From: Escherichia coli
Lineage (GTDB): Bacteria; Pseudomonadota; Gammaproteobacteria; Enterobacterales; Enterobacteriaceae
NCBI RefSeq assembly: GCF_041248615.1
Contig: NZ_CP158426.1
Reading direction: 5' to 3' (one strand)
Length of the DNA: 64,000 bases
In this document: positions 21,971 through 34,931 of the stretch, piece by piece
How positions within the stretch are numbered: the first letter of the stretch is position 1
How the letters are laid out: every line of letters begins with the position of its first letter
Made by a program: the position numbers and the translations under genes
The notes under the pieces: model-generated
What the model was told of the DNA's origin: nothing
What the model saw: the letters and a program-made list of their open reading frames with translations, nothing else
The model's database searches: none

Positions 21971-23512
21971 TCAGTGGTAATACTCACTGCCGCGTACGTT
22001 TTCGTGTTCCATCGTGGATAACAGATCTGGTTTTGGATCCTGAACAGGTTGTTTATCCAGACCTTTTTCCAGGATCGATTTAATACCTGACAGACGCCAT
22101 ACCTTTGTTTTCAGAGCTCTTGCACATGCTGCATTAAGTCTGGCTTTACTGTATTTTTTATGAAGGTTCAGGAGTCCAAGGCAGAAGCGATAGCTTTGTT
22201 CCGGATGTGGACGAGAGTTCAGTATATGAAGCACATAACTATGAGTTTCACTGCCTATGTGCCCCGCCCATTCCAGAAGACGCTCTGGCGTCCAGGTGGC
22301 ATGCTGTCGATGAGCTTCAGGCATGTGCTCGTTGCGGGTACTGTAGCCATAAGTACGCTTGCGCGGGTGCACAGCAACCTCCTGCCCCTGATTGAAGAGT
22401 CTTACCAGTTCTCCGGAGATCCATGCTTCCAGTTGCTGGCCTAACAGCGAACATGGAACCGAGTAGTAATGTTTGTCGATTTCCACGTGGTAATCGGCAT
22501 GAACTCTGACTTTCTTCACCAGGGTGTAACTGTAACTGGCTTCAGGAAGAGGCTTCAGTGCGGGTTTATCAAGCTGGATGAAGAGTTCTGCACGTGAATA
22601 ACCCAACTTCTGCATTATTTTGTTATTCAGTCTTTCCAGCAACTCCCGAATGCGCTGATTAAGCGATGCAAGGCTGTAGAAGATCTCATGCCTGATTCGG
22701 GCCATGATCCAGCGTTCAACAACCTGAACGCCAACTTCAGCTTTGGCTTTATCTTTCGGTTTACGTGGCCGCGCAGGCAAAACTGCGACATTATAATGCT
22801 CAAGCATCTGCTGGTAGGTAGGGTTAACGTCAGGATCATACTTACATGCCCTGGATGTGGCGCTTTTCAGATTGTCCGGAACAACAAGTTCAGGAACGCC
22901 ACCCAACCACTGGAAGCAGCGAACATGACTCATCACCCAGTCTTCAAGCTGCTGAGACCAGGTGGCCTCTGCCCATGTGTAACTTGATGCCCCGAGAACA
23001 GCTACGATGACCTGAGCAGTTCTTATTTCTCCGGTCTCAGGGTCGGTAACGCCAACGGTAGGTCCACAGTAATCAACGAAAAGTTTTTCGCCAGCTTTAT
23101 GTACCTGACGCATTGATGGTGAAGTGGTTTTGAGCCATTCACGGTACATCCGGCAGTAATGGTTATAGCTGTAAAAACCGCCTGGATTACGCTCACAGTA
23201 TTCTTCCCAGAGTAGCTGCAGCGTCACGCATTTATTACGCAGTTCCCGGTGTACTGTAGCCCAGTCAGGCAGAGAGTGCTTCTTCATCTTAACCTGGGTC
23301 TGAAGGAACGCATGTTTTAGTTTTGTATCATCCCATCCTGTAGGTAAGGGCCACTGCTTTATGCCAAGTTGAGCCGCCCGATTAGCATATCTGGATACAA
23401 CGGAAGGGGAGATTGCAAGACTACGACCAATTTGTCGATGGCTGAGTCCAACACCGTATTTAAGCCTAAGAATTTCTTTAAGTTTTCTCATAGAAATTGG
23501 AACTGTTGGCAT
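21971..23512 (-). CDS. istA: IS21-family transposase IstA
   Basis: 513-aa ORF with N-terminal HTH and integrase-type DDE core; immediately upstream of istB. Confidence 0.9.
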   Translation of the reverse strand: MPTVPISMRKLKEILRLKYGVGLSHRQIGRSLAISPSVVSRYANRAAQLGIKQWPLPTGWDDTKLKHAFLQTQVKMKKHSLPDWATVHRELRNKCVTLQLLWEEYCERNPGGFYSYNHYCRMYREWLKTTSPSMRQVHKAGEKLFVDYCGPTVGVTDPETGEIRTAQVIVAVLGASSYTWAEATWSQQLEDWVMSHVRCFQWLGGVPELVVPDNLKSATSRACKYDPDVNPTYQQMLEHYNVAVLPARPRKPKDKAKAEVGVQVVERWIMARIRHEIFYSLASLNQRIRELLERLNNKIMQKLGYSRAELFIQLDKPALKPLPEASYSYTLVKKVRVHADYHVEIDKHYYSVPCSLLGQQLEAWISGELVRLFNQGQEVAVHPRKRTYGYSTRNEHMPEAHRQHATWTPERLLEWAGHIGSETHSYVLHILNSRPHPEQSYRFCLGLLNLHKKYSKARLNAACARALKTKVWRLSGIKSILEKGLDKQPVQDPKPDLLSTMEHENVRGSEYYH

Positions 23513-23693
23513 AGGTATCCTTTACCGGAATGGCAAAAGATACAGATCAACACACCTGTGAAGTTCCAATAACATTGATGGAGATCACTGAATAACAAAA
23601 TGAGTCAAAAGTGATCTCCATCGATGTTATTCAGCGATCTGTTCAAATGTTATTACCCGATCTCGATGGAAGTTATTGAGTGATCTCCTTTCA

Positions 23694-24723
23694 TGAAAAT
23701 ACGCACTGCGGATAAGTTTACCGGTCAGGTCGTGGTGATAACGCTGTGTGCGGCCGTCAAAGCCGGTTTCCTGTATCAGCCGGTCGAGTACATCGTAACG
23801 GAAGGTGGTGTGGCTGCCGTTTTCACTGGTCAGGCGGATGACCCGTCCGGCAGCATCGTATTCCATACTGCGCGTCAGACCGCCCTGTGTGGTACGGATG
23901 GCCTTTCCCCACGCATCGTACTGTGTCCCGTTTCTGCTGCCGTCCGGGGCAATGACGGCGGTCAGGTCACCGGCGGCGTTGTATTCATACCGCGTTTCAT
24001 GGCCCTGCGTGTCTTTCACCGCAATTAACTGTCCACGGCTGTCGTATGCGCGGTACTGACTCAGCCCTTCCTCGCGGTGCACCGCCGTCACCTGACCAAA
24101 ACGGTCATGGTCATAACGGGTTACATAACCGGAACAGTCAGTGACGGTCAGCAACTGACCGTAACGGCTCCATGTCATGGTTTTCCGGCTGCCGGTGGCA
24201 TCTTCCGTTGCGCAGGGTAAGTCACTGTGTGGATTATCATAACGGTAGCGGGTGATATCGCCGTTGTGTGCGGTTTCCTGAATCAGACGGCCGGATTCAT
24301 CATATTCCCGGCGCAATTCCAGCCCGTCAGGCCCGGTGGCTGACGTTAACTGGCTGTGGTGGTTATAGTAAAATGCCGATGCCCTGCCATCCGGTGTGGT
24401 GATGCGCGTGATGAGTCCCGTCACCACATCCGGGCTGTACTCAGTCGTCCGGCCTGCGGCATCCGTCTGTGCCTTAAGCCTGCCCACCGCGTCAAACTGA
24501 CTCTGCGTGACGCTGCCGTCCGCGTGTTCCTTTTTCACCACCCGCTTCAGCCCGCCTTCGCCCTGCGTGTGCAGCACTTCACGGCGGTCCAGGCTGTCGG
24601 TGATGGTGATGTGGTCTTTCTCATACTGATACGTGTAGCTTAAGCCTGCCGGGTTTAGCTGTTCTGTCACCCGCCCGTCACTGTCGTAACGGTAACGGAT
24701 TTCCGGCCGGCCCGTGTGACGGT
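23694..24723 (-). pseudogene. rhs middle segment (YD-repeat region) lying between the two IS insertions
   Basis: ORF 23627..24670 with repeated YD/RYxYD motifs (…RYRYDNPH…YVTRYDHDRFGQ…YEYNAAGDL…); frame continues upstream to the IS3-family boundary. Confidence 0.8.
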
Positions 24724-25478
<755 letters not shown>

Positions 25479-25582
25479 ATCAGCATACTTGTCCTTAGCC
25501 TTCTGCAGTGACAGCTGGTAGTACAGCGTGCTTCTGGCCAGCCCTGCAGCCTTTAACAGGTCAGACTGGCAGTGTCCGCACC

Positions 25583-26113
25583 TCAGGCTCCGGATGACTT
25601 TCGTTTTTTCTCCAGCTCCTGGCGCTTTTTTTCCAGGAGATGCTCCTGCATGGCTTTCAGATATGCATTTTCTGCGCGAAGATAACGCAGCTCATTCTTC
25701 ATCTCTTCCGGCGTCATGTTTGCCTCGTTTTCATGGGTATCATCAGAACGGGTCATGCTTTTCTCCTTCCTGCGCCTGATAAAGGCCTCATTACCAGATT
25801 TGCGGTAGCCTTTTATCCAGTTTTTAACCGTGTTGTGGCTGGGAATGTTAAACCGGGCAGCTACCCGGGGTAGAGACTCAGAATGCCCGAGAGCATAAAG
25901 AACCACGCAAAGTTTATCTTCAGGAGAATAGCTACGCTTGTGTCTGCAATCCAGTGCCCGAGGACCGTGAAGAAGAAAAAGATTAATCCAGTGTGAGAGG
26001 CTGGTGTGAGAAAGTTGAAAGAGTTTTGCCGTAGAAATGATGCCTGTATGACCAGCCAGGTAATGATTTACAGCGGCAAGTTTTACTTCAAATGAATGTT
26101 TCATAAACTGCAC
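25583..26113 (-). CDS. IS3-family transposase OrfA (HTH)
   Basis: 176-aa ORF with HTH region and leucine-zipper-like C-terminus; contains A-AAA-AAG slippery heptamer near its 3' end. Confidence 0.85.
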   Translation of the reverse strand: MQFMKHSFEVKLAAVNHYLAGHTGIISTAKLFQLSHTSLSHWINLFLLHGPRALDCRHKRSYSPEDKLCVVLYALGHSESLPRVAARFNIPSHNTVKNWIKGYRKSGNEAFIRRRKEKSMTRSDDTHENEANMTPEEMKNELRYLRAENAYLKAMQEHLLEKKRQELEKKRKSSGA

Positions 26114-26155
26114 CTTCAGATGTCAGATTATGTCCAACATTTGGGGTGCAGTTCA

Positions 26156-27203
26156 GGTGCGCCACCATCCGGCCCCGGTATTTATCATCGTAAGTAAAGC
26201 TGCGCACCTGTGTATTGCTGCGGTCATACACCGCCGCCAGTTCGCCGCGTGGCGTCCAGCCATAGCGCACCAGCGGCGCGGCAGGTAAATTCTCCGGGTA
26301 TTCCGGGTCGTGCGTCAGCCACACGGCAGACAGACGGATGCCGTTGTCCCGGCCATATTCGGTGTAACCCGGCAGGGTATCAGGAAAAACGGACGGTTCC
26401 ATCCCGCCGGAAATGGCCTGCTGCCGGGCTTCTTCTGCCCGCTGCGCCTGCGTGGTCAGTACCAGCCGGAAGTGACGCCCGGCACCATCCGTCACGCCGG
26501 TGATTTCGCCGCTGAATTCGCCGCCAGCCTCACGGTGGAACGTCTGTGTGCGCCCGAAGCGGTCCACCAGCCCGGTCAGTACCCGGTACGGCGGCAGCGG
26601 CGCAGGCAGCACCTCATCCGCCTCCGGCACCCGCTCACACCAGCCGAGTACCCACCACGGCCCCTGCGGACTGTTCGTCGCCAGATAACGATGCGGACTC
26701 AGGCGAAGCTCTTCCGGCAGCGCCTGCCAGAGTGCGGCCAGCCGGTGACCTTCATCCAGTTTCGCCACGCCGCCGCGCACCAGCCAGAGTGACTCGCTGC
26801 GGCTGTAACCGTCCTCACCGGGAAACAGGTGCTCAAAATACAGGCTTCTGCCGCCGTTATCACTGAGTATCAGTGTGTTATCGCGCAGCTGTAAGCGGAT
26901 ATCCGCAGGCATTTTCCAGCCGGGGCCGAGGCTCCCCACCGGCGCGGGCGTTTTTGTCCGGTAACTGCTGTAGGTGCGGGAGAGGATGAACGGCAGCGGG
27001 CCGGGCAGGGCAAGGTCGGTTTCGCCGGGAAGGACCTTCGCGCCGAGCAGCGGATTGACCGGATGGCCGGACGTCACCCCGCCGGGGCACACCGAACAGG
27101 CCACGCCGGTGGGGGCACCGATGCGCACCCCGGCTGAACCCTGGACAATGCTACCGCCATACTGCGTCATGTCGCCCTGACGCGCCGCCGGTTTTCCGCT
27201 CAT
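26156..27203 (-). pseudogene. rhsA: rhs N-terminal segment (PAAR-like N-terminus), truncated by the IS3-family insertion
   Basis: Starts MSGKPAARQGDMTQYGGSIVQGSAGVRIGAPTGVACSVCPGG..., the conserved Rhs N-terminus; divergent from yibF as recalled for rhsA; reading frame runs into the IS. Confidence 0.82.
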
Positions 27204-27431
27204 CTGCTCATCCTTGTTTTATCGGGTTATTTGTCTGCTGACAGGCGAAACCCTACAGATTTATAAGAAAGCCTTAAGTGAGATATCTGTCAAATAAGAA
27301 CAATTAGGAAAATATTTATATCACCATGATAAATATGTGATTTATTGGGAAGTAACAAACCATCAACATTTTCTGCCCTTTTTCCCATCACCAGGCCATA
27401 CTGATATTTTTCCTCGCACAAAGGACTCGGC

Positions 27432-28040
27432 ATGAAACTCGTCGGTAGCTACACCAGCCCGTTTGTACGCAAACTTTCTATTCTGTTGTTAGAAAAGGGC
27501 ATAACTTTCGAATTTATTAATGAACTGCCCTATAACGCGGACAACGGCGTGGCGCAATTTAACCCGTTAGGAAAAGTGCCGGTGCTGGTGACCGAAGAGG
27601 GCGAATGCTGGTTTGATTCGCCGATCATCGCTGAATATATTGAATTAATGAATGTCGCTCCGGCGATGTTGCCGGGCGATCCGCTGGAGTCGTTGCGGGT
27701 GCGCAAAATTGAGGCACTGGCGGATGGCATTATGGATGCCGGGCTGGTATCGGTGCGTGAACAGGCGCGTCCAGCGGCGCAGCAGTCTGAAGATGAATTG
27801 TTACGCCAGCGGGAGAAAATCAACCGCAGTCTGGATGTGCTGGAAGGATATCTGGTCGATGGCACACTCAAAACCGATACGGTCAATCTGGCGACTATCG
27901 CTATTGCCTGTGCCGTCGGATATCTCAATTTCCGCCGCGTTGCGCCAGGTTGGTGTGTCGACCGCCCACACTTAGTCAAACTGGTCGAAAACCTGTTTAG
28001 CCGCGAAAGTTTTGCTCGCACCGAACCGCCAAAGGCTTGA
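27432..28040 (+). CDS. yibF: glutathione S-transferase family protein
   Basis: 202-aa ORF with N-terminal thioredoxin-like GST fold; synteny upstream of selA. Confidence 0.9.
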   Translation: MKLVGSYTSPFVRKLSILLLEKGITFEFINELPYNADNGVAQFNPLGKVPVLVTEEGECWFDSPIIAEYIELMNVAPAMLPGDPLESLRVRKIEALADGIMDAGLVSVREQARPAAQQSEDELLRQREKINRSLDVLEGYLVDGTLKTDTVNLATIAIACAVGYLNFRRVAPGWCVDRPHLVKLVENLFSRESFARTEPPKA

Positions 28041-28137
28041 TGCGCGATATGTCCTCCTGACCCATCTCACGTTACAATCCGTGGTTATGTTAAACGCCCT
28101 TCTCCGTGTGAGAGGGCCTTGATCAGCCAGGTTTCCT

Positions 28138-29529
28138 ATGACAACCGAAACGCGTTCCCTCTATAGTCAACTTCCGGCTATTGATCGCTTATTGCGCGAT
28201 AGCTCCTTCCTTTCTTTGCGTGATACTTATGGTCACACCCGCGTGGTGGAATTGTTGCGTCAGATGCTCGACGAAGCGCGAGAAGTGATTCGTGATAGCC
28301 AGACGCTGCCCGCATGGTGTGAAAACTGGGCGCAAGAAGTCGATGCCCGACTGACGAAGGAGGCGCAGAGCGCGCTGCGTCCGGTGATCAACCTGACGGG
28401 AACCGTGCTGCATACCAATCTTGGGCGAGCTTTACAGGCAGAAGCCGCAGTGGAAGCCGTTGCGCAGGCTATGCGTTCGCCAGTGACCCTCGAGTACGAT
28501 CTGGACGACGCCGGACGCGGACATCGCGATCGTGCGCTGGCGCAGTTGCTGTGCCGTATTACGGGGGCGGAAGATGCCTGTATCGTTAATAACAATGCGG
28601 CGGCAGTGTTATTGATGTTGGCGGCCACTGCTAGCGGGAAAGAGGTGGTGGTATCTCGCGGCGAACTGGTGGAGATTGGCGGCGCGTTTCGTATTCCTGA
28701 TGTCATGCGTCAGGCAGGCTGCACCCTACACGAAGTGGGGACCACCAACCGCACGCACGCTAATGATTATCGCCAGGCGGTGAATGAAAATACCGCGCTG
28801 TTGATGAAAGTACATACCAGTAACTACAGCATTCAGGGATTCACCAAAGCGATAGATGAAGCGGAACTGGTGGCGCTCGGCAAAGAGCTGGATGTCCCCG
28901 TAGTGACTGATTTAGGCAGTGGTTCGCTGGTCGATCTTAGCCAGTTCGGTTTGCCGAAAGAGCCAATGCCGCAGGAGTTGATTGCGGCGGGTGTCAGTCT
29001 GGTGAGCTTCTCCGGCGACAAGTTGTTAGGCGGGCCGCAGGCAGGAATTATTGTTGGTAAAAAAGAGATGATCGCCCGCCTGCAAAGCCACCCGCTGAAG
29101 CGTGCATTACGCGCGGATAAAATGACCCTCGCGGCGCTGGAAGCCACGTTGCGTCTTTATTTACACCCTGAAGCTCTGAGTGAAAAATTACCGACCCTGC
29201 GCCTGCTTACCCGCAGCGCAGAGGTCATTCAAATCCAGGCACAACGTTTACAGGCTCCCCTTGCCGCACATTACGGCGCGGAGTTTGCGGTACAGGTTAT
29301 GCCATGTCTTTCGCAGATTGGCAGTGGTTCGCTGCCGGTTGATCGCCTGCCGAGCGCGGCATTAACGTTTACACCCCATGATGGACGCGGTAGCCACCTT
29401 GAGTCATTAGCCGCCCGCTGGCGTGAATTGCCAGTGCCGGTGATTGGTCGTATTTATGACGGACGATTGTGGCTGGATTTACGCTGCCTTGAAGATGAGC
29501 AACGGTTTTTGGAGATGTTGTTGAAATGA
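28138..29529 (+). CDS. selA: L-seryl-tRNA(Sec) selenium transferase (selenocysteine synthase)
   Basis: 463-aa ORF; PLP-dependent fold with ...[19 protein letters not shown]...; 4-nt overlap with selB. Confidence 0.96.
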   Translation: MTTETRSLYSQLPAIDRLLRDSSFLSLRDTYGHTRVVELLRQMLDEAREVIRDSQTLPAWCENWAQEVDARLTKEAQSALRPVINLTGTVLHTNLGRALQAEAAVEAVAQAMRSPVTLEYDLDDAGRGHRDRALAQLLCRITGAEDACIVNNNAAAVLLMLAATASGKEVVVSRGELVEIGGAFRIPDVMRQAGCTLHEVGTTNRTHANDYRQAVNENTALLMKVHTSNYSIQGFTKAIDEAELVALGKELDVPVVTDLGSGSLVDLSQFGLPKEPMPQELIAAGVSLVSFSGDKLLGGPQAGIIVGKKEMIARLQSHPLKRALRADKMTLAALEATLRLYLHPEALSEKLPTLRLLTRSAEVIQIQAQRLQAPLAAHYGAEFAVQVMPCLSQIGSGSLPVDRLPSAALTFTPHDGRGSHLESLAARWRELPVPVIGRIYDGRLWLDLRCLEDEQRFLEMLLK

Positions 29530-31370
29530 TTATTGCGACTGCCGGACACGTTGACCACGGCAAAACAACCTTATTGCAGGCGATTACTGGCGTAAATGCC
29601 GATCGTCTGCCGGAAGAAAAAAAGCGCGGCATGACTATCGATCTCGGTTATGCCTACTGGCCGCAGCCGGATGGCCGCGTGCCTGGTTTTATCGACGTAC
29701 CCGGTCATGAAAAGTTTCTTTCCAACATGCTGGCTGGCGTTGGTGGTATCGATCACGCGCTGTTGGTGGTGGCGTGCGATGACGGCGTGATGGCACAGAC
29801 CCGTGAGCATCTGGCGATTTTGCAGCTGACCGGTAACCCGATGCTGACAGTGGCGCTGACCAAAGCCGATCGCGTGGACGAAGCGCGTGTTAATGAGGTT
29901 GAACGCCAGGTAAAGGAGGTGCTGCGGGAATACGGTTTTGCTGAGGCAAAACTGTTTATCACCGCAGCAACCGAAGGTCGGGGAATTGATGCCCTGCGCG
30001 AGCATCTGCTTCAGTTACCAGAACGCGAACACGCCAGCCAACATAGTTTCCGCCTCGCGATCGACCGTGCATTTACCGTAAAAGGTGCCGGGCTGGTCGT
30101 CACCGGTACGGCGTTAAGCGGGGAAGTGAAGGTAGGCGATTCACTCTGGCTGACTGGTGTAAATAAACCGATGCGCGTGCGTGCGCTGCATGCACAAAAC
30201 CAGCCAACAGAAACCGCCCATGCCGGGCAGCGTATCGCGCTTAACATCGCGGGTGATGCGGAAAAAGAGCAGATTAACCGTGGCGACTGGCTGCTTGCCG
30301 ATGTGCCGCCAGAGCCGTTCACGCGGGTGATTGTCGAGCTTCAAACCCATACGCCGCTGACCCAGTGGCAGCCGCTGCATATTCACCACGCCGCCAGCCA
30401 CGTTACGGGACGCGTTTCGCTGCTGGAAGATAGCCTTGCCGAGCTGGTGTTCGACACGCCGCTGTGGCTGGCGGATAACGATCGCTTAGTGTTGCGCGAT
30501 ATCTCGGCCCGCAACACGCTGGCGGGGGCGCGTGTGGTAATGCTTAACCCGCCGCGTCGCGGTAAGCGTAAGCCGGAATATCTGCAATGGCTGGCGTCTC
30601 TTGCACGAGCGCAGAGCGATGCCGATGCGTTATCTGTTCATCTGGAACGCGGCGCGGTTAACCTTGCCGATTTCGCCTGGGCACGGCAGCTCAACGGCGA
30701 AGGGATGCGCGAACTATTGCAACAGCCTGGCTATATTCAGGCTGGTTATAGCTTGTTGAATGCGCCGGTTGCCGCCCGCTGGCAGCGGAAAATTCTCGAC
30801 ACATTAGCGACTTATCATGAGCAACATCGCGATGAACCTGGTCCTGGGCGCGAACGTCTGCGACGTATGGCGTTGCCAATGGAAGATGAAGCGCTGGTAC
30901 TGTTGCTGATTGAAAAGATGCGCGAAAGCGGCGACATCCTCAGTCATCACGGCTGGCTGCATCTGCCGGATCACAAAGCAGGCTTCAGCGAAGAGCAGCA
31001 GGCCATCTGGCAAAAAGCAGAGCCGCTGTTTGGTGACGAACCGTGGTGGGTGCGAGACCTGGCAAAAGAGACGGGAACCGACGAGCAGGCAATGCGTCTG
31101 ACGCTACGTCAGGCGGCGCAGCAGGGGATAATTACCGCGATCGTTAAAGATCGTTATTACCGTAACGATCGGATTGTCGAGTTTGCCAATATGATCCGCG
31201 ATCTCGATCAGGAATGTGGTTCAACCTGCGCGGCGGATTTCCGCGATCGCTTAGGCGTAGGCCGAAAACTGGCAATTCAAATTCTGGAATATTTTGACCG
31301 CATTGGTTTTACGCGTCGTCGGGGAAATGATCATTTACTGCGCGACGCATTATTATTTCCGGAAAAATAA
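29526..31370 (+). CDS. selB: selenocysteine-specific translation elongation factor
   Basis: 614-aa ORF; GTPase G1 motif [12 protein letters not shown]-terminal winged-helix extension. Confidence 0.96.
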   Translation: MIIATAGHVDHGKTTLLQAITGVNADRLPEEKKRGMTIDLGYAYWPQPDGRVPGFIDVPGHEKFLSNMLAGVGGIDHALLVVACDDGVMAQTREHLAILQLTGNPMLTVALTKADRVDEARVNEVERQVKEVLREYGFAEAKLFITAATEGRGIDALREHLLQLPEREHASQHSFRLAIDRAFTVKGAGLVVTGTALSGEVKVGDSLWLTGVNKPMRVRALHAQNQPTETAHAGQRIALNIAGDAEKEQINRGDWLLADVPPEPFTRVIVELQTHTPLTQWQPLHIHHAASHVTGRVSLLEDSLAELVFDTPLWLADNDRLVLRDISARNTLAGARVVMLNPPRRGKRKPEYLQWLASLARAQSDADALSVHLERGAVNLADFAWARQLNGEGMRELLQQPGYIQAGYSLLNAPVAARWQRKILDTLATYHEQHRDEPGPGRERLRRMALPMEDEALVLLLIEKMRESGDILSHHGWLHLPDHKAGFSEEQQAIWQKAEPLFGDEPWWVRDLAKETGTDEQAMRLTLRQAAQQGIITAIVKDRYYRNDRIVEFANMIRDLDQECGSTCAADFRDRLGVGRKLAIQILEYFDRIGFTRRRGNDHLLRDALLFPEK

Positions 31371-31560
31371 GGAAATGATTAATTCATAATAAATATGAAT
31401 TAATACAAAATTTCTTATTAATGTTAAGAAGGCACGTTATTTGATGAATGTAACGTGCTTTTTATTAAAAATATTTTAATAAACGGTAATGTTGATCATA
31501 TTTTCAAATGAAAATCCTCAGTAAGCTGCCCGCCCTTTTTTACACTTTCAGGAGTGTGTT

Positions 31561-32712
31561 ATGGCAGCTTCAACCTTTTTTATTCCTTCCGTGAATGTTA
31601 TTGGTGCTGATTCATTGAATGATGCAATGAATATGATGGCAGATTATGGATTTACCCGTACCTTAATTGTCACTGACAATATGTTAACGAAATTAGGTAT
31701 GGCGGGTGATGTGCAAAAAGCACTGGAAGAACGCAATATTTTTAGCGTTATTTATGATGGCACCCAACCTAACCCCACCACGGAAAACGTCGCTGCAGGT
31801 TTGAAATTACTTAAAGAAAATAATTGCGATAGCGTGATTTCCTTAGGCGGTGGTTCTCCACACGACTGCGCAAAAGGTATTGCGCTGGTGGCAGCCAATG
31901 GTGGCGATATTCGCGATTACGAAGGCGTTGACCGCTCTGCAAAACCGCAGCTGCCGATGATCGCCATCAATACCACGGCGGGTACGGCCTCTGAAATGAC
32001 CCGTTTCTGCATCATCACTGACGAAGCGCGTCATATCAAAATGGCGATTGTTGATAAACATGTAACTCCGTTGCTTTCTGTCAATGACTCCTCGCTGATG
32101 ATCGGTATGCCGAAGTCACTGACCGCCGCAACGGGTATGGATGCCTTAACACACGCTATCGAAGCGTATGTTTCTATCGCTGCAACGCCGATCACTGACG
32201 CTTGCGCACTGAAAGCGGTGACCATGATTGCCGAAAACCTGCCGTTAGCCGTTGAAGATGGCAGCAATGCTAAAGCGCGTGAAGCAATGGCTTATGCCCA
32301 GTTCCTCGCCGGTATGGCGTTCAATAATGCTTCTCTGGGTTATGTTCATGCGATGGCGCACCAGCTGGGCGGTTTCTACAACCTGCCACACGGTGTATGT
32401 AATGCCGTTCTGCTGCCACACGTTCAGGTGTTCAACAGCAAAGTCGCTGCTGCGCGTCTGCGTGACTGTGCTGCTGCCATGGGCGTTAACGTGACAGGCA
32501 AAAATGACGCGGAAGGCGCAGAAGCGTGCATCAATGCCATCCGTGAACTGGCGAAGAAAGTGAATATCCCGGCAGGCCTGCGTGACCTGAACGTGAAAGA
32601 AGAAGATATTCCAGTGCTGGCAACCAATGCCCTGAAAGATGCCTGCGGCTTTACTAACCCGATCCAGGCAACTCACGAAGAAATTATGGCGATTTATCGC
32701 GCGGCGATGTAA
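31561..32712 (+). CDS. yiaY: iron-containing (group III) alcohol dehydrogenase
   Basis: 383-aa ORF with Fe-ADH motifs (GGGSPHD…, …HAMAHQLGG…). Confidence 0.93.
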   Translation: MAASTFFIPSVNVIGADSLNDAMNMMADYGFTRTLIVTDNMLTKLGMAGDVQKALEERNIFSVIYDGTQPNPTTENVAAGLKLLKENNCDSVISLGGGSPHDCAKGIALVAANGGDIRDYEGVDRSAKPQLPMIAINTTAGTASEMTRFCIITDEARHIKMAIVDKHVTPLLSVNDSSLMIGMPKSLTAATGMDALTHAIEAYVSIAATPITDACALKAVTMIAENLPLAVEDGSNAKAREAMAYAQFLAGMAFNNASLGYVHAMAHQLGGFYNLPHGVCNAVLLPHVQVFNSKVAAARLRDCAAAMGVNVTGKNDAEGAEACINAIRELAKKVNIPAGLRDLNVKEEDIPVLATNALKDACGFTNPIQATHEEIMAIYRAAM

Positions 32713-32913
32713 TCATCATTCCCCCAATGGCTGGCTAATTGTCAGCCATTTTTTTCAACTATCTCAAAATTTGCGATTTTTGAGAGAGTTTTAGTTATCT
32801 CTGTAATCCTTGCCCGTAAATTCGTGATAGCCGTCGTAAAGCTGTTACCGACTGGCGAAGATTTCGCCAGTCACGTCTACCCTTGTTATACCTCACACCG
32901 CAAGGAGACGATC

Positions 32914-34452
32914 ATGACCAATAATCCCCCTTCAGCACAGATTAAGCCCGGCGAGTATGGTTTCCCCCTCAAGTTAAAAGCCCGCTACGACAACTTTATC
33001 GGCGGCGAGTGGGTAGCCCCTGCCGATGGTGAGTATTACCAGAACCTGACGCCGGTGACCGGGCAGCTGCTGTGCGAAGTGGCGTCTTCGGGCAAACGAG
33101 ACATCGATCTGGCGCTGGATGCTGCGCACAAAGTGAAAGATAAATGGGCGCATACTTCGGTGCAGGATCGCGCGGCGATTCTGTTTAAGATCGCCGATCG
33201 GATGGAGCAGAACCTCGAACTGTTAGCGACCGCTGAAACCTGGGATAACGGCAAACCCATTCGCGAAACCAGTGCTGCCGATGTGCCGCTGGCGATTGAC
33301 CATTTCCGCTATTTCGCCTCGTGTATTCGGGCGCAGGAAGGCGGTATTAGTGAAGTGGATAGCGAAACCGTGGCTTATCACTTCCACGAACCGTTAGGCG
33401 TGGTGGGGCAGATTATTCCGTGGAACTTCCCGCTGCTGATGGCGAGCTGGAAAATGGCCCCCGCGCTGGCGGCGGGCAACTGTGTGGTGCTGAAACCCGC
33501 ACGTCTTACCCCGCTTTCTGTACTGCTGCTAATGGAAATCGTCGGTGATTTACTGCCGCCAGGCGTGGTGAACGTGGTCAACGGTGCAGGTGGGGAAATT
33601 GGCGAATATCTGGCGACCTCGAAACGCATCGCTAAAGTGGCGTTTACCGGCTCAACGGAAGTGGGCCAACAAATTATGCAATACGCCACGCAAAATATTA
33701 TTCCGGTAACCCTGGAGCTGGGCGGCAAATCGCCAAATATCTTCTTTGCTGATGTGATGGATGAAGAAGATGCCTTTTTCGATAAAGCGCTGGAAGGCTT
33801 TGCACTGTTTGCCTTTAACCAGGGCGAAGTTTGCACCTGTCCAAGCCGTGCTTTAGTGCAGGAGTCTATCTACGAACGCTTCATGGAACGCGCCATCCGC
33901 CGTGTTGAAAGTATTCGTAGCGGTAACCCGCTCGACAGCGTGACGCAAATGGGCGCGCAGGTTTCTCACGGGCAACTGGAAACCATCCTCAACTACATTG
34001 ATATTGGTAAAAAAGAGGGCGCAGACGTGCTCACCGGCGGGCGGCGCAAGCTGCTGGAAGGAGAACTGAAAGACGGCTACTACCTCGAACCGACGATTCT
34101 GTTTGGTCAGAATAATATGCGCGTGTTCCAGGAGGAGATTTTTGGCCCGGTGCTGGCGGTGACCACCTTCAAAACGATGGAAGAAGCGCTGGAGCTGGCG
34201 AACGACACGCAATATGGCCTGGGCGCGGGTGTCTGGAGCCGCAACGGTAATCTGGCCTATAAGATGGGGCGCGGCATTCAGGCCGGGCGCGTGTGGACCA
34301 ACTGTTATCACGCTTACCCGGCACATGCGGCGTTTGGCGGCTACAAACAATCAGGTATCGGCCGTGAAACTCACAAGATGATGCTGGAGCATTACCAGCA
34401 AACCAAGTGCCTGCTGGTGAGCTACTCGGATAAACCGTTGGGGCTGTTCTGA
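32914..34452 (+). CDS. aldB: aldehyde dehydrogenase B
   Basis: ORF 32824..34452; start at ATG 32914 ([17 protein letters not shown]…, 512 aa) preceded by AAGGAG; ALDH motifs ELGGKSP and catalytic Cys region EVCTCPSR. Confidence 0.95.
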   Translation: MTNNPPSAQIKPGEYGFPLKLKARYDNFIGGEWVAPADGEYYQNLTPVTGQLLCEVASSGKRDIDLALDAAHKVKDKWAHTSVQDRAAILFKIADRMEQNLELLATAETWDNGKPIRETSAADVPLAIDHFRYFASCIRAQEGGISEVDSETVAYHFHEPLGVVGQIIPWNFPLLMASWKMAPALAAGNCVVLKPARLTPLSVLLLMEIVGDLLPPGVVNVVNGAGGEIGEYLATSKRIAKVAFTGSTEVGQQIMQYATQNIIPVTLELGGKSPNIFFADVMDEEDAFFDKALEGFALFAFNQGEVCTCPSRALVQESIYERFMERAIRRVESIRSGNPLDSVTQMGAQVSHGQLETILNYIDIGKKEGADVLTGGRRKLLEGELKDGYYLEPTILFGQNNMRVFQEEIFGPVLAVTTFKTMEEALELANDTQYGLGAGVWSRNGNLAYKMGRGIQAGRVWTNCYHAYPAHAAFGGYKQSGIGRETHKMMLEHYQQTKCLLVSYSDKPLGLF

Positions 34453-34729
34453 TATAAGAAGCTGGTCGCATTGGGTATTCATTGCCTGATGCGACGTTTG
34501 CGCGTTTTACCAATTCAAATGTCTACGTCTTGAATGACTGAATATTGATTGAACTTAATTACGAGCATCCTCGCATCTTTTCAACAAGTTACTGCACACC
34601 GTTATTCTCCTTCCGAGCGGCATTCCTGAGTCAACTTTATCCCCCTGACGGCCCATATAAATCGCGCTATCGTGATTGTTATCGCTAATTGTGTGTGTAT
34701 CGTGTGTATAATCATGGAAGGGCAGGGAT

Positions 34730-34915
34730 GTGAAAAGTGCAGACGTGATCGCCATCCTGAAGCAGCATGGCTGGGAACATATTCGAACCCGTGGCAGTCA
34801 TCATCAGTTCCGCCACCCTGTTCATCCGGGTCTGGTGACGGTTCCGCACCCTAAAAAAGATATTAAGCCCGGTACGCTGGCGCAAATTGGGCGTCAGGCT
34901 GGTTTAACATTTTAA
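34730..34915 (+). CDS. hicA: HicA-family mRNA interferase toxin
   Basis: 61-aa ORF (GTG start) MKSADVIAILKQHGWEHIRTRGSHHQFRHP...; HicA/YcfA-like GSHH motif; followed 16 bp later by a HicB-like gene. Confidence 0.7.
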   Translation: MKSADVIAILKQHGWEHIRTRGSHHQFRHPVHPGLVTVPHPKKDIKPGTLAQIGRQAGLTF

Positions 34916-34931
34916 AATTTCAGGAGGCAAT

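Larger units (their letters stand above)
21137..23697 (-). mobile_element. IS21-family insertion sequence (istA-istB), about 2.55 kb, inserted in rhs; boundaries +/- a few bp
   Basis: istA/istB gene pair; GGAGATC-containing terminal repeat motifs at both ends; TGAA at 21137-21140 and 23694-23697 interpreted as the 4-bp target duplication. Confidence 0.8.

Noticed and set aside
21121-23710. 12-bp inverted match GCGGTGCGTATT / AATACGCACTGC flanking the IS21-family element, considered as possible IS termini
   Set aside because: After in-silico excision both copies fall within in-frame rhs coding sequence (…IRSAYF / HGNTHR…), and the GGAGATC-containing terminal repeat motifs lie inside them, so they are host rhs sequence rather than IS ends.
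28138-31370. Possibility of a selenoprotein (in-frame TGA with SECIS) because selA and selB are present
   Set aside because: selA and selB encode the selenocysteine-insertion machinery, not selenoproteins; no ORF in the window needs read-through of an in-frame TGA to give a full-length product.
34672-34854. 60-aa ORF overlapping hicA in another frame
   Set aside because: Cys-rich low-complexity translation (MIVIANCVCIVCII…) overlapping the HicA-like ORF, which has a recognisable family signature.
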